The notes under the pieces are model-generated. The model did not search any database, was not told the DNA's origin, and was given only the letters and a program-made list of their open reading frames with translations. A stretch of DNA of 64,000 nt, from contig NC_134033.1 of the NCBI RefSeq assembly GCF_964204645.1, forward strand, positions 12,594,655 to 12,658,654, read 5' to 3'. Below are positions 50,160 through 62,870 of the stretch, piece after piece. Position numbers and translations under genes: made by a program. The stretch's first letter is position 1. Each line of letters opens with the position of its first letter. This DNA is from Tubulanus polymorphus. Taxonomy: Eukaryota; Animalia; Nemertea.

Positions 50160-50298
50160 GGTCGAGTTTCACGAAAAAGTTTAAGCCAAAATGGTAAAGT
50201 TTGAATTGTTGTCCTCATTGAAAGCATGGAGTAACCAATAGCAATTAGGCCTAGGCCTACACCAAAAATTTGAGTTAACTTTTTTGTGAAACTGGGCC
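50160..50298. mobile_element. Harbinger-like MITE
   Basis: CAG|GGTCGAGTTTCACGAAAAAGTT ... AACTTTTTGTGAAACTGGGCC|CGG. Confidence 0.6.
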
Positions 50299-50453
50299 CG
50301 GAATGCTATTTAAGCGATGGTAAACTTGAATTCAAGATTTGGGCAACTGACCCCTCAATTAGTTTCACAGTGGTTTGATTGTTGAGCCAATCTAATTATA
50401 AAAATCTTGTGACACAAACAGGTTATACTGTAGTTACGCAATACAGGACTTGT

Positions 50454-50608
50454 CACAATTGATAGTGAATGAATAAAACCAGTATCAATGACCAACCCCA
50501 GTATCCCTGTCAGGACCCTGTATAATAAAAAAAAAACTATTATTATAGGCTACAGGGATACTGGGGTTGGTCATTGATACTGGTTTTATTCATTCACTAT
50601 CAATTGTG
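50454..50608. repeat. Perfect 57-bp inverted repeat with 41-bp AT-rich spacer
   Basis: 50454-50510 is the exact reverse complement of 50552-50608; imperfect pairing extends outward to about 50433-50638. Confidence 0.92.
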
Positions 50609-52141
50609 TATTTGTGACAAGTCCCTGTATTACGCAACAAACTGCAGTTTAAGTTTGTGGGTCAACTCACTCTGATTGAAGCCCCCCGAGTGCAAAGGAA
50701 ATACTAGTAGGCCTAGGCTGAATTGAAAAGTTGAAGAAAATGCAACATCAACAACTTTGAAAGCTATTGACAAATAGCAGAGGATTTCAACTGGTGTAAG
50801 CGTGAGACTGATGAGTGAGAGAGGAGAGGTTCGAGCGAGACCGACGAGTCGAGATGCCGGTCTGTTTTTTGCACGCCTAAATTTAACAAATTGACATGGT
50901 TACCTATGGTTTTAAAGATATTTCCGAAAATCACATTTTCAGCCCACTTATTCCATCCTCTTTATTTCCATACACGCAATATTGATATATCAAATATTGA
51001 CGACAGTAAAAAACAGAACCAGGAAATGAAGTAAATTTGACAGTTAGGATATTTCACGTACTCGAAAGGACGGCACGCTTCATTGTGCCCTTTATTGGGT
51101 TCGAATCCGGGTACATGAGTGAAATGTTTTACCAGACCGGTTGTCGGTTTCTACGTAGCGGATGCAGGTGGCGCGGATTTGGACAGGCAACCGGTCTAGT
51201 ACACGCTGGGTTGATCTCTTTTTTCAATCTATTTTTAATCCTTTTCTTCATTTAGTTAGTGTTGTCTGCGCGAAAGAATTAAATTTGGAAATCTCATATT
51301 GAAGCATTTGATATTTGGACTAATGGACCGGACAATTTATGAATAATGGAAAGGCAAAGCTCGGACACAAACCACGGACCTACACAAAGAGGCATAGGAT
51401 TAACTGAAAAACCGGTCTCGGATTAGGGGTTACGCTCAGGTACCGACCACGGTGCCCGGTACCTTGGAACGCCTTGGGAACACTTTGAAAGCCAACGTCA
51501 TATATCGAGGAGATAGTTATCAAAATTACTAGAATCATCGGCTAGAATGCATTAAAAAACCAAAGTTTAGTTCAACCGCCAGTCCTTTCTGAAGACGTCT
51601 ATCAGGTATCTACCACAAAGAAAAAATGATTGAGCTAGGCCACCCGGCCTGAAATGCTCTCAGCAGTCAAAAGTTGATTTAGATAGTACCACCCCGGTCG
51701 GGCCGCATACGCGAAACGCCTCAATTTTATCAATCATCTTTATTTTTCCCCTTGAATATGAATTGTTATGGGGCACTCGGTGTAATTCATCCAATATTCG
51801 ATTTGAAATCAGCAAGGGCTGACAAGGCTCCGCTAACTGGGAGAGGCACTGATTATTCATAATATCGACGAGAATCTCCTTTTTCCCATGGAATTTTGAC
51901 TATACTATGTATTGTTTTGAAATCGGACCCATTCGGTCAAAAGGACGGCCTACATCGACTGGCCAGCAGTACCAGGGGGAATCCTAACTAATAGTACCTA
52001 TTGGGGTCAAAAAGTTGATTATGTCCGGCCCCTGTGAGATCAAGGAAACATTTTCGGACTTAACATTATTTTCTCGTTATCATTGTGGGATTTTCTACAT
52101 AGCCTACATATCTTTCCAGGACATTTTACGATATGGTTATT

Positions 52142-53092
52142 TCATTCGAACCAAATACGACAGCGGATTCTCATACAGAAATATTCACGAATTTCCCTCC
52201 CCAATAAAAGATATATGTAGAAATTAACGACATAATTACACAATTCGAACTGAGCGGAAATGTCTAAAAGAATATGTGTCTGTCCCGGTGCGACTGGTAT
52301 GAATACGTTAATAGTGTTTGGAATTGTAAATATCGCAAATGCAAGTGAAACTGTTACAAGCATTATTGTTGTACGTTTTGATTTTGTAGTTTTCTGATCG
52401 GACGAAACCATTTTTGAACCTCCAAATAACTGTACCATTATTAAAGAATTTGATATTATAATCACCGATAAAGGCAGAACAAAAACGTACATAACATACG
52501 TCATAGAAAGTAGAAATTGATCAAACGGCTCGTTGTAACATCTAAAGATATCCACAAAATTCGTTTTCGCTGAATGATGAATGCCAATTACCAATACGTT
52601 CATTACAAAAATGATAACGATAGCGCATCTGGCGAATTTAGGTGTACATATCAAACGGGATTTGAACGGGAAGAGAACAACTCCCGCACGTTCTAGAGAT
52701 ATCGCTACTATCAACCAGGCACTACAAGCACCCATAGAATTCAACAGAGATTCATAAAATTGACAACTGATCAGCGAATTCACTAAGAATATCGGCCCGG
52801 TTTCTAGATGCAATAGAGCAAACTGTAATACGGGCATTAGTGTATAGCCGATACAGAAAACCAAGTCACTGAAAGCCAAAGCGATCAGATAGTTAGCGTA
52901 AGATAAACCGCGGAATCTGCGACTCATCATTACCAGAAAGGAAGCCGAATTCCCAAATGCTCCTAATAAGAACATGATAAGCAGAATGACCATTGACAGT
53001 AAGCGGTAGATTCCAGACTTGTTCATCAGAGACATAAGAACGATGTTACTGCTATAAGCAGGAAGAATCTGCATCTCTTGGGTAGAATTCAT
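52142..53092 (-). CDS. Intronless class A (rhodopsin-like) GPCR, FMRFamide-receptor-like or chemoreceptor-like
   Basis: Seven hydrophobic segments; TM1 GN, TM2 LAFSD, TM3 ISLERAG, TM5 LP, TM6 IP, TM7 NYVVNFYIY. Likely start MNSTQE (NST sequon); the ORF is open up to 53191. Confidence 0.88.
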   Translation of the reverse strand: MNSTQEMQILPAYSSNIVLMSLMNKSGIYRLLSMVILLIMFLLGAFGNSASFLVMMSRRFRGLSYANYLIALAFSDLVFCIGYTLMPVLQFALLHLETGPIFLVNSLISCQFYESLLNSMGACSAWLIVAISLERAGVVLFPFKSRLICTPKFARCAIVIIFVMNVLVIGIHHSAKTNFVDIFRCYNEPFDQFLLSMTYVMYVFVLPLSVIIISNSLIMVQLFGGSKMVSSDQKTTKSKRTTIMLVTVSLAFAIFTIPNTINVFIPVAPGQTHILLDISAQFELCNYVVNFYIYLLLGREIREYFCMRIRCRIWFE

Positions 53093-53326
53093 TAAAGTTG
53101 TAGCAAATCTAGATTCCGTACAGCGAGTTCCGAGTCTAATAAATGTATAGTCATATATGATAAAGGTAGACCCTATACGTGTATTCATCATTTTATTTGT
53201 AAACGAGATGAAAATTATGGTTTACTGCGAGGTTAAAATCAATTCTCACAAATCTAACACAATCAACTCAGATTTTGTCAAATGTTTTATTCTGTAGAAT
53301 TTAACTGAATCATTTAATGCCACCAA

Positions 53327-53468
53327 CGTAGAAATTTAGTAATATGATTACTGTATTCGGAGTTAGTGGAAATGTCTATTCGTAATTTTCTCTGGACAAA
53401 AGGGTTAGGTACTATTATAGCGATAGTGGTCGGAAGTCAAATATTGCAAATGCGAGTGAAACTGGTAG
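53327..53468 (-). pseudogene. Remnant of a paralogous GPCR (TM6-TM7)
   Basis: Translates as VSLAFAIF[frameshift]LPTTIAIIVP...IDIS..EY.N, aligning with 52217-52358 (VSLAFAIFTIPNTI...LDISAQFELCN). Confidence 0.7.
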
Positions 53469-56400
53469 GTTTTGATTTAGTTATTGGTCGCCAAGTCCGA
53501 TATACGGGTATAGTGCAATATATAGAGTTACTTTGGAAGTAAATCACGAAATTTGCGCAAGCTGAAATCTAAAAGAGTAGTAATATACGGAACTCAAATA
53601 AGCTCCATGAAAATAGATTGGGGATCAACTTCCACGAACCCCGTCCAAACCCGACACTTTCACATTCAGCTCTGAGTCGTCTCCAAAAACCATTCCAAAC
53701 CCTGGATGCCATTTTCAACTCCAAAACCTTTACACAAAACCGACGATTTGAAACTCATCATTAGGATCTCTAGCGACATATCGAGTCAAATTGGAAGATG
53801 TGCTTTACAGTTAAATCGATCTCTTGACCTTAAATCGAAACTCTAATGCGCGCAGTATATGGCGGATACTGAAAACCGTCAATGCGCTTCTAGGATCATT
53901 ACGCTTAAAATGGATTCTAAAATTCTCATTGAATCTAAAAAAAAAGATTCGCTAATGCGTGTTGAAGGGGGTCGTCGCTGTGCCCTATTGATCAGCAGCA
54001 CGAATAGCGCGGAAACTATGATTGCATGAGTTTTCTTATTTAATATCGAGTTTTCGGCGAGTCGGTTTTATAGCGCGCGCTCTGAGCAGACGACTCGGGT
54101 GGCGACCTGCGCCGCGAGAACTCACGATTTTACCATATCCAACACCGAGGCAATAGATAATCTTTTAAATTAGAACTAGATTACTGTCTATTACTACATG
54201 AAATATGTTTTATTCCGTTGAAAGATATTTGAATTCCAATTCAGTCGAGATTAATGTGTCCCTTCAAGATTTATTTTCTAACATAATTCTTTTTTTGTAG
54301 ATAAGAACATTTGATAAGGACTCAGTCCGGGTCCTTTTCTTCCCGAAAATTGATTTCTGATTAGTAATTCTTTTCGATGAATTGCATACGCTGCGATAAG
54401 TACGACTAAGAGTTTGCCCAGAAGGAGTAAAATCGTTTATTAGGGAATTTATGATTTATCATATGGACTCAAATTTCATATGAGCATTTGTGGACTCAAA
54501 TTTCATTCATATAATGCATTCTAGCCACTGTTCCGTTGTTAAGATCTCGTGTACGGAAGTTGCTCATCTTTGAAACGGGTTTAAAGTCTGAATCGTTATT
54601 TTCATCGAAAACATTAAGTAACCAATAGCAATTAAACAAGAAAATCTAAATCTGAATTTCTTCCCTAAAACTGATCAAAAAGTTATAAGCTATCAAAAAT
54701 GGTCTACAAAACAGTTGCGCGTACGTCTGACCCCAACGTTCAACTTGTCATGAATATATCTAAAGTTGAGAACCCGGTGCGTTAAGCATTAACGTATATA
54801 TTCAATATATTTAATGATATATAGCAACTGGTGGTTATTTTAGTATAATTATCATTTCGATTAGTGCAGGTTGAAATTACGGTGAGGCCATATGGTGCCC
54901 GGGTGCACTTGGAATATCAACTATTGTGAGTACAAATTAATTCTATCGAATTCCAACTCCAGACGTCGAGGCCGGACTCGACTCTTCAATTCGTCTCTGA
55001 TCAGTGGACATTTACGATGCGACGATCGCGAATATGTTAAGTAAGCTTTGTGTAATTTCATTCTAAATATAAAAAAAAAAAACCAGTTTGTTGATTGGAC
55101 TTTTAGTGCTTTAGGGTAAATCACGTTCGTTGTAGCCGGGGCTTTGTAAACTAGATCTAATCATGGCCCGTTTAAGATCATTGTCTAAAACCGTCGGGCC
55201 ATCAAAAAATGTAGAACGCCGATTCAATATCGCCACAATTTTACCTCATTCTTAAAAAAAAAAATTTCATTCATCGCTTAAGAAAATTGACTTGGCAGTT
55301 GTTTGGCTGCTAGTGCAAGAAACGAAGAAAGCGTTTAGCATTTAGTATATCCAATCTTATCACACACGGTTTATTACCTACATAGAATTTTTCAAGTGTT
55401 TTTTGATAATATTACGTAATATTCAAATTATTCAAATTCTTCAGCGATATTCGTCTCTTCATGTCTCTTCCGCTTTAAGGATTAAAACGTATCTTTACGA
55501 ATTGCCTAAAATCAAACCTATTACACTGAATTATTACAAGGAATACTATAACATTTTATATGATATATTATATGATACATACAACACTGCGTAATATGAA
55601 CGCTGTGTTTGTTAAACACCAGTTCAAAATATAACGGTTATCTGTCAGCAGCTGTCATTAGGAACCCGGTGATTACTGCTCTGGGAATATTAATTCAAAA
55701 TGCTAATTAGATCTCGCGGGGTTGTTAATTGCCGTTTACAATGCGAAACATCGAATATTAACTATCGTTTTTGTCGTGAATCAAAACCAAATGTAATATA
55801 GAGGGCTTTTAAGGGATATGTACGAACAGCCTATGAAAATTAAGTGGAAATTTATTACTGATGTGATCCGTAAGGATTGCCAGTCCGATTGCTAGTCCGA
55901 TTGTTCGTACCAAAATTGAAGATTCTTCTTCAAAAATTAATCGATGTTTTGTTAAAGATTATATATAGCTGCACGGAAAACCGGGGAACGCGTACTGAGA
56001 TATACGTTGTATCCTTCAGACAATCTTGATGGAACACCGCCCAGGTTTAAAAACGACAAAAATACGATAAGATCGCGCATTACGAAAGGAAAAATTAGTC
56101 CGAAAGGTTTTCTTATTTTACTAAATCAGTTATCAGACTGACCATCGTCCAGCAGAAATGAACTGCGTGCGTCCGCCGTTCAGTCTGATTAATCCAAAGG
56201 TTTATTTCAACCAAAAAACTGTTTCGACTTTATGCTAATAGTCATTTTCATACGAAGATACAACAGAAAAAACGGGTTTTCTGTTGATGACTATCGGAAT
56301 ATAGTCGGAACGTTAGAATAAGCTTAGGCATCGTTTTTCTTTATCGTTTTGCTGGATTTAACCGTCATCCTTCGGTTTATTCTTGTAGCGTGTTAGATAT

Positions 56401-59400
56401 TTATTTAAACCGTCGACGGAGTTTATCAAACAATCCCGAAAATCCCAAGTCAAATATGGCAAATATCAATCATATTTCATGTACCGACAGCGGGTAAACA
56501 ATCGTTTCGGCAGTTTTTTGAGTCAACACAAAATGGTCGAGAGATTTCGCACGTAATTCCAAATACACTGGTGTAATGTGGCTGTCACGTCTGACCTGAA
56601 TGCAATCCTACACTGATAAAACTACATTTTTCTTTTTATTTCAACCCGAAAGAGACTTCCTATGGTATATTGGAAATATCGGTGATTCACCTTTCGTAGA
56701 AGATTTAACCAGCTACAAGATAGGTAGTTATTATCAAACGTTGCATGGTCAATATTTTCGCAGTGAGTAAAAGTTTACGTAACTCAGTGTTTAACCACTT
56801 GTTGATCCCAGCAAAGGATTTCGTTCTGAATATGATAATCGATTTCTCCTTGATTCGGTATGATACCAAAATGTTTTTCATACGGATAGTTTTTTTAAAC
56901 AAAATCTTGGATGGTAACATTGAGGAAGCTTGAGGCTATGATCTATGAGACATTGACCTCTCGGCCCCTGGAATCGGCGATATTTTCGACCATTCATGGG
57001 TTTCAGGTGCTGTGGATGATGTTTACCAAAAATGCATATTTCATGCGTAATCGTCTTCGATTTCGCCTGGATAATATCTTCGTTTGGAACCGGAGACGTT
57101 TTTGCCATCGCTTAAGTTTCTTTAACGTTAATAAAAGTACCACCGATAACGAGGTATTATAGTTATCGAAGAAAACTAATATTGAAAATGCATATTTCAT
57201 CAGGTTTGTTTGTACAAACTCGGCTGATTGCAGACGTGCTCCCCGTCTGGCGTTCGATGCTAAGATATTCGAATATGAATATTTCATTACTTTGCATATA
57301 AGTGTTCGCACGTTCCTATACGGAAAAATCGTCAAATATGTGACATATGAAAGCGTTATTCGCTTGCGTACCGGGGCTTCGACTGTCGCGACGCACCGTG
57401 TAACTGATGATTCTGTTCGTTACATTAGAGTCTATGCTGTCGGGCAACACCATTTTTCTTCTTTTGATTGGATTAAAAACCACACACGAAGCGCATTTTG
57501 TGAGGTACGTTATTTTCGGTTATGTCATACTTTGAAATGCACACAAATCTCTCAGCGTATTTCGGGAAAAATCCTGAATTCTGGATTTTTCTACCTCATT
57601 CGTTTAGATCCTTTAAATGACCATTCATTTCGTTCTTTCCCCGATGTAGTCAAAGATAACCGAACTATTTCTTTTATTTCCCTTGTATCTACCGCCTTTT
57701 CATTAACGCGAAGGTCGTATGCTAGTTATTGGTCGGAGTCTATCAAGTAAAATCCGCTGAATTGTGGTTTCGTTGCGTCAAAGTTCTTTTTTTTCTTTTC
57801 ATCGCAGGTGAATTATTAATTAAAAAGAATCATTTCTCTTGAAATGCAACATTTCAAAATGTTATAGATATTACAAAGCGATATTAGGCAATAGGCAAAT
57901 TCGCCTACGAATTTGAAATGATAATTTTCAATCCCAAATTGTCATAATGCGCATATGTAATCGAAATGTGTCAATTAATGTTCTAATTCTATATCTGGGA
58001 TGTCAGTAGATTCGGCTTCCTTAGTTTCATTATCCAAAGTATCAGGGGATGGGAAACCTATCAACTGATGACTCGAAAATTCCTGTGGCATCTTACAGAT
58101 ACAACGGATGTGACTGCAAAGATATTCCGTGTAGGCCTGCGTCGTGTATTATAGATAATGCATTTATGTCGGAATGATAAAAGCCTGACTTTGATTCGAT
58201 GTGACGTGACTATAGATAGAATAACGGGGAACTCAAGTTTATTCTCTGTATCAGGGAACTAGAATATTTGTGTTTTCAGTTCCCGCCCACGAATACCTAA
58301 ACCACAAGCGATAATAGACTTACGTCAAACGTCAAAGGCAAGACCGGAGATTGTCTAATTCTACACTTCCGGTTAAAAAGACAGGAAATTCCTATTGATA
58401 ATAAACTATGGTACCGTAGTCATGTTTATAGTAGTTTGGAATCGTTTAATATCCTTGTTTTTAGATTGTTGATTGTACGTATCTATACTTTATCGGGAAT
58501 AAAAACCGATAATAAGCGTTAGATTGGTGCAAAATTAGTTTGGAATTGTTGGTAACACAATATAGGGATTACACGACAGACCATCGAAGGTTGTAAATCC
58601 CCTAATTAGCTTTACTTGTTTTATAGTAAGTCTCTTCAGCATAGGGGTTCAGTTCCTCAAAATCTGTTTAAATATAACTGGTGGATGCCACAGCGACAAC
58701 TGAAAACATTTTGGTTTCAATAAACGAGCGACCTGTCTAATGTCAATAAGTTGAAAAATCCAACAATAAGAAAGAAATCTAGGAGATAGTCTGACGTTTC
58801 GACTTTTTGAAAATGGCTCATAGATCTGAGTCACAACGTCAGACTATCTCTTTTTTTATAGTTTTTTTCTTACTGTGGGTCTTTCAACTGAACTGAAAAC
58901 ATATCACCCTCCTCCGTAGTATTTGTCCACCAGTCAACTCAGCATAAGCTTCAAAACTTGAGTTCGTACTTCGGGATCGACGTCACGTCGGTGGGTTCAT
59001 TAGCACACTTAAGATTCTATATACGCGGTTACTCGTCTTTCCTTTGGGAAAGCTGTCAACACGCACACCTGATGTCGTTCCAAAAACTCGAGTGTAACCG
59101 ATATAATATACCTTATTTACTGAAACCTACCACCTCATAATAATATACACGGCATCTGTAAAACACCACCGTTTATCGATATTTTACTTCTCATGATGAC
59201 AAGCAGTATTCCCCGTTCTCCATAGCGTTTAATGATAATGCGCATAAGAACTCGTTTGGAAGGTGTACTTATTAGGTTTTACTGCATTGTGCCGAATGTA
59301 CCTGATAAACGGGTTTCCTGTTTCCATAACCATTTTTCATTCATGGATAAAAAACAATCCGATCCGTACTCGCTCTAAATCTCATCGTGAACAGGTTGGA

Positions 59401-59484
59401 ATAATGTGCACTGAAATAATCAACACCTGGATTTCAAGACAGAAAAACGAATTTAGTTTCAAGACGTTACAATTTTAATATCTT

Positions 59485-59576
59485 CCCTCGGTAGCTCAGT
59501 TGGTAGAGCGGAGGACTGTAGTGGCATCTGCATAGCTGACTTCCTTAGGTCGCTGGTTCAAATCCAGTCCGAGGGC
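59485..59576 (+). tRNA. tRNA-Tyr(GTA) with intron of about 19 nt (59522-59540); possibly a variant or pseudogene
   Basis: CCCTCGGTAGCTCAGTTGGTAGAGCGGAGGACTGTAG-intron-TTCCTTAGGTCGCTGGTTCAAATCCAGTCCGAGGG; acceptor stem CCCTCGG/CCGAGGG; TTTT at 59587. Confidence 0.88.
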
Positions 59577-61447
59577 GAAATTCTTATTTTCCATGCATAA
59601 AATCCGTTTAACACAAACTACATTGTCGGGTATCCATAGATAATTGGCTCAAAAACCTAGAAAGGATAGTGGATTTTTTTGGCCAGGATATCGTAGACAC
59701 AAATGAGTCGGTGCTTAGTACCGTAGTTAATGACAGCATCCTCGGATAACCTAATTCAAATAATTGGGATTCAAAACTACAAATTGGTTGCTAGATTGGT
59801 TGCACTACCGAAATGCACCCTCATTATTTACCATCAAAGAAGGCCAGGCCTAGATGTACAGAGAGCCTGTTAGTTTAGATATTTAGTGTCTTTTCTGATG
59901 TAGGTACTTGAAGTACCTCTCATATATCACTTAAGGGGGGTGCCGCTATACTACAACGTAAGTCCTACTTTATGTCCCGGTTTTGTCTAAAAGTTTTTAT
60001 AAAATGATTTTTTTCTCTTTTTCTTGAAAATACTAGTGCGTTCTGTATCCATCTTTCTGGGCACTTTTACTTGTTCTAATTTCATTGCGGCGTGGATAGC
60101 TTAAACTGTTTTTGCTCTTAACATTAACCGTGCAACTAAATCCCTAACTAAGTTATTGCGCGATATTTCCTAAACTTACGATTGTTGCACTAAAACCAAC
60201 GAAAATAATCTTACATTATTCAAGGACGATTGAAGGCTAATTTGCTACAAGCATTGCTTACTATCCTCAGTGCATCATTGCATGTATGTTTGCAGAGTCA
60301 AAGATATTGTCTCCTCACTGCGCTGATCACTGAGGAATTATTCGCATTCTCGCAGTTACGACTGATAACGGTTTGTGTGCGCCGGGATTAAATTTGTAAA
60401 TGTACAACTGCACTCGTCTTGCATTCGCAATAGTATTTTTTCTTGCGTGAGATGAAAAACCGCCTTGTCTCAACGAACGACTCGATGATAGAGCGATAAA
60501 TTAAAAGCTTTTATCGGTGAATTTCGCGTCGAATTGATGACACACAGGGCCCAATAAAGAGACGGAGAGAATCGACTGAAATTTTTGACTAGTGAGAGGC
60601 CTTACATTAAAATACATTTGCGGTTTTTAAATCTTCTTTTGGGTTGAAGACACAAACTATTGGTAATAGACTTATTTCTACTCCGGAAAGCAAGGAGTAT
60701 CTTATACAGATATCATCATTTGTTTAAATGCCAATTCCGCAGTTCCGGATTAAGATCTGACTTGAAAACCTGAAATTGATTAAATTGAATCGTTTGAAAA
60801 TAAACTTATTTCATCCCCAGAATCAGAATAGGATTCATTCCGTAGAGATGTTTATTCCAGTCGAAGTTGGCCCAACGCAGTTCTCCCGGCTTTGAAAACC
60901 TGAGCAATCGAATTTCGTCGATTTAATTCTCAGGTTTAGATTTCGAATTTATTGCTCCAGGAATTATAAAAACAATTTCAGTACAGGATAGAAGAAAATA
61001 AACAGCCAAGTTTACAGTTTTGTTACGGTTATTCCAGATTTTATGAAATTCATCAATATATACGCAATTAAGCGTGCACAACGATGAATACATGAGACTG
61101 TCTGCCTTTTTTTATAAATACTACAGCTTCCCTAAGATGTTTGGGTTTTGTGATGTAAAAAGATTCACAAATGTTCTTAATTCGGGGAGAGTTACCAGGT
61201 GTTGCGTCGTCTAAGAAAAAAGTGTAAGAAAAAGTATTAAAAGTGGTATTAATCGCCGTTTCTCTGAATCATAGATGCAATTCTAGTGGCAATCGGTTCT
61301 TTTAGTGCGAGGAACCTCTTCAATAGGAATGCACATACAAATAATTGTATGTGCTATAAATTTTGCTGCCGTTAAGCACTACCAATCAGAGGTTGTGCTT
61401 TTAACTGAAATATCGCATATGCATGACACGAGTGGACGACGGAGATC

Positions 61448-61488
61448 TATAAATCCATGTGTTTTTTTTATCGTTCTGTAGTCAATCA
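61448..61488 (+). promoter_or_regulatory. Possible TATA box plus initiator (or a 3' splice site) of the downstream gene
   Basis: TATAAA at 61448 and TCAATC about 34 nt downstream; the same position also follows a pyrimidine tract plus TAG. Confidence 0.3.
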
Positions 61489-61556
61489 TCGGCAAACGAC
61501 AAGAGCCACTTCACCGTCACTGACTGAATCAGATTCACGTTCACTCGTAGCGAATA

Positions 61557-62310
61557 ATGTCCGACGGTAAGAACGAACGAACCCCGCGCTAGCAATCGCT
61601 CTTTATACACATTTGAATAGCAACATTTGCCGTATGGTTCAGCGGCCTGAATGGTCGTGTATTCCTAGTGCGTCTCACCACAACCACTCAACCACAAAAT
61701 GAGGATTGGCAACACAAAGCCTGCGGATGGTGGTAGATTTTCTTGGTCGATGGTTTTCCTCCGGTCCCTCTCCGATAAGAGGGTATTAGGCGAAACCTCG
61801 AACATCGCCGGAACAAATTCCACAGTTTCTGAGTTAAGATTTCACTCGGAGCTTACTCATTGAAAATGAAATAACCCAGAGTTAACTCACAACACAGGTA
61901 CTGGAGTCCTGGGCCCAGTTCCACAGTTCTGTGTTAAGATTTGACTCAGAGTTAACTCATTGAAAATTAACTAATTTCAACTCAGAGTTCACCCTAACTC
62001 ACAACTATGGAACTGGATGCTGAGTGATAAGTGATCGAATGTAAAATCATATATGGTGAAATCTCTTCAAATAAAATCTTAACTCTTCAAATTTCTCCTT
62101 TAACAGCTTTGAATCTTGAATTTCTTTTCTTTATCCTCCGCCACGCAGCTATAGCTTTGACGATATCGCGGAACGATTATGCGGCGTCTTTGCATCAGCC
62201 CGTTCCGTCGACGGTCAGGATCGAGCGAACTAACCACGTGGATAAAGACTCTGTTTTGTACCGTGCCGAAGGACCATTCAGCGGTATTACGATCAACAAA
62301 CGTGTCCAAA
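61557..62310 (+). CDS. Probable first coding exons (61557-61566, 62149-62310) of an unidentified gene continuing downstream
   Basis: ATG TCC GAC G|GTAAGA; strong polypyrimidine CAG acceptor at 62148; open phase-1 exon ending A|GTGAGT. Gives MSDAIALTISRNDYAASLHQPVPSTVRIERTNHVDKDSVLYRAEGPFSGITINKRVQ. Confidence 0.55.
61815..62019. mobile_element. Harbinger-like MITE (61912-62019, CTG duplication) preceded by a decayed tandem copy
   Basis: CTG|GGCCCAGTTCCACAGTT ... AACTATGGAACTGGATG|CTG. Confidence 0.75.
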
Positions 62311-62676
62311 GTGAGTATCGATCGCCCGTAGTGTCTAGAACTTTTAGGTGCTCCCTATTAGCTATAGAAGAGATGATTAGAAGATGATTGATGAAATTGT
62401 CTTACCGGGCCCGCTCCCCGGGGAGCGCATCTGCGAAGTAAAACCCCAATACTACGATGAAAACCTTTATAGGTTTTTAGCTTTTCGACTCGATTCTATA
62501 CGAATCATTTTCAAAACTGGCTCATATAGATTTCGATTGAAATGTACCCCAAACAACTATTTTTTCTTCATGATTGTGTGTTGTTTCGACGGAAACTGAT
62601 GTCGGGCCTAACGCAGACGACGCAGGGAAACGCGGAAACACGAAACAGAACAAGTTTCCGAGCGTTTCCCCGGTAG

Positions 62677-62870
62677 TAATGGGGGAAGTGTTTTTTCATA
62701 CCAGAGGTCGAAAGGTCGAGCTCATTTATTATATAATTTTTTTAATTAAAATTGATTGAAAGGTTGAGTGAGTAAAAAATAATAAATTCGAGCGTGTGAG
62801 AATTTTTATTTTTTATTTTTTATAAGCTCGACCTTTCGACCTCTGGTATGAAAAAACACTTCCCCCATTA
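62677..62870. repeat. Perfect 46-bp inverted repeat around an AT-rich spacer (foldback/MITE-like)
   Basis: TAATGGGGGAAGTGTTTTTTCATACCAGAGGTCGAAAGGTCGAGCT at 62677-62722 and its reverse complement at 62825-62870. Confidence 0.9.

Noticed and set aside
50792-50870. Possible Pol III unit (A-box-like, GGTTCGAGCG, hairpin plus T6) or hammerhead (CTGATGA)
   Set aside because: The B-box lacks the terminal CC, and there is no GAAA or stem II for a ribozyme.
53500-61400. Short ORFs of 60-152 aa in the AT-rich region
   Set aside because: No motifs, mostly non-ATG starts, no coherent exon chain.
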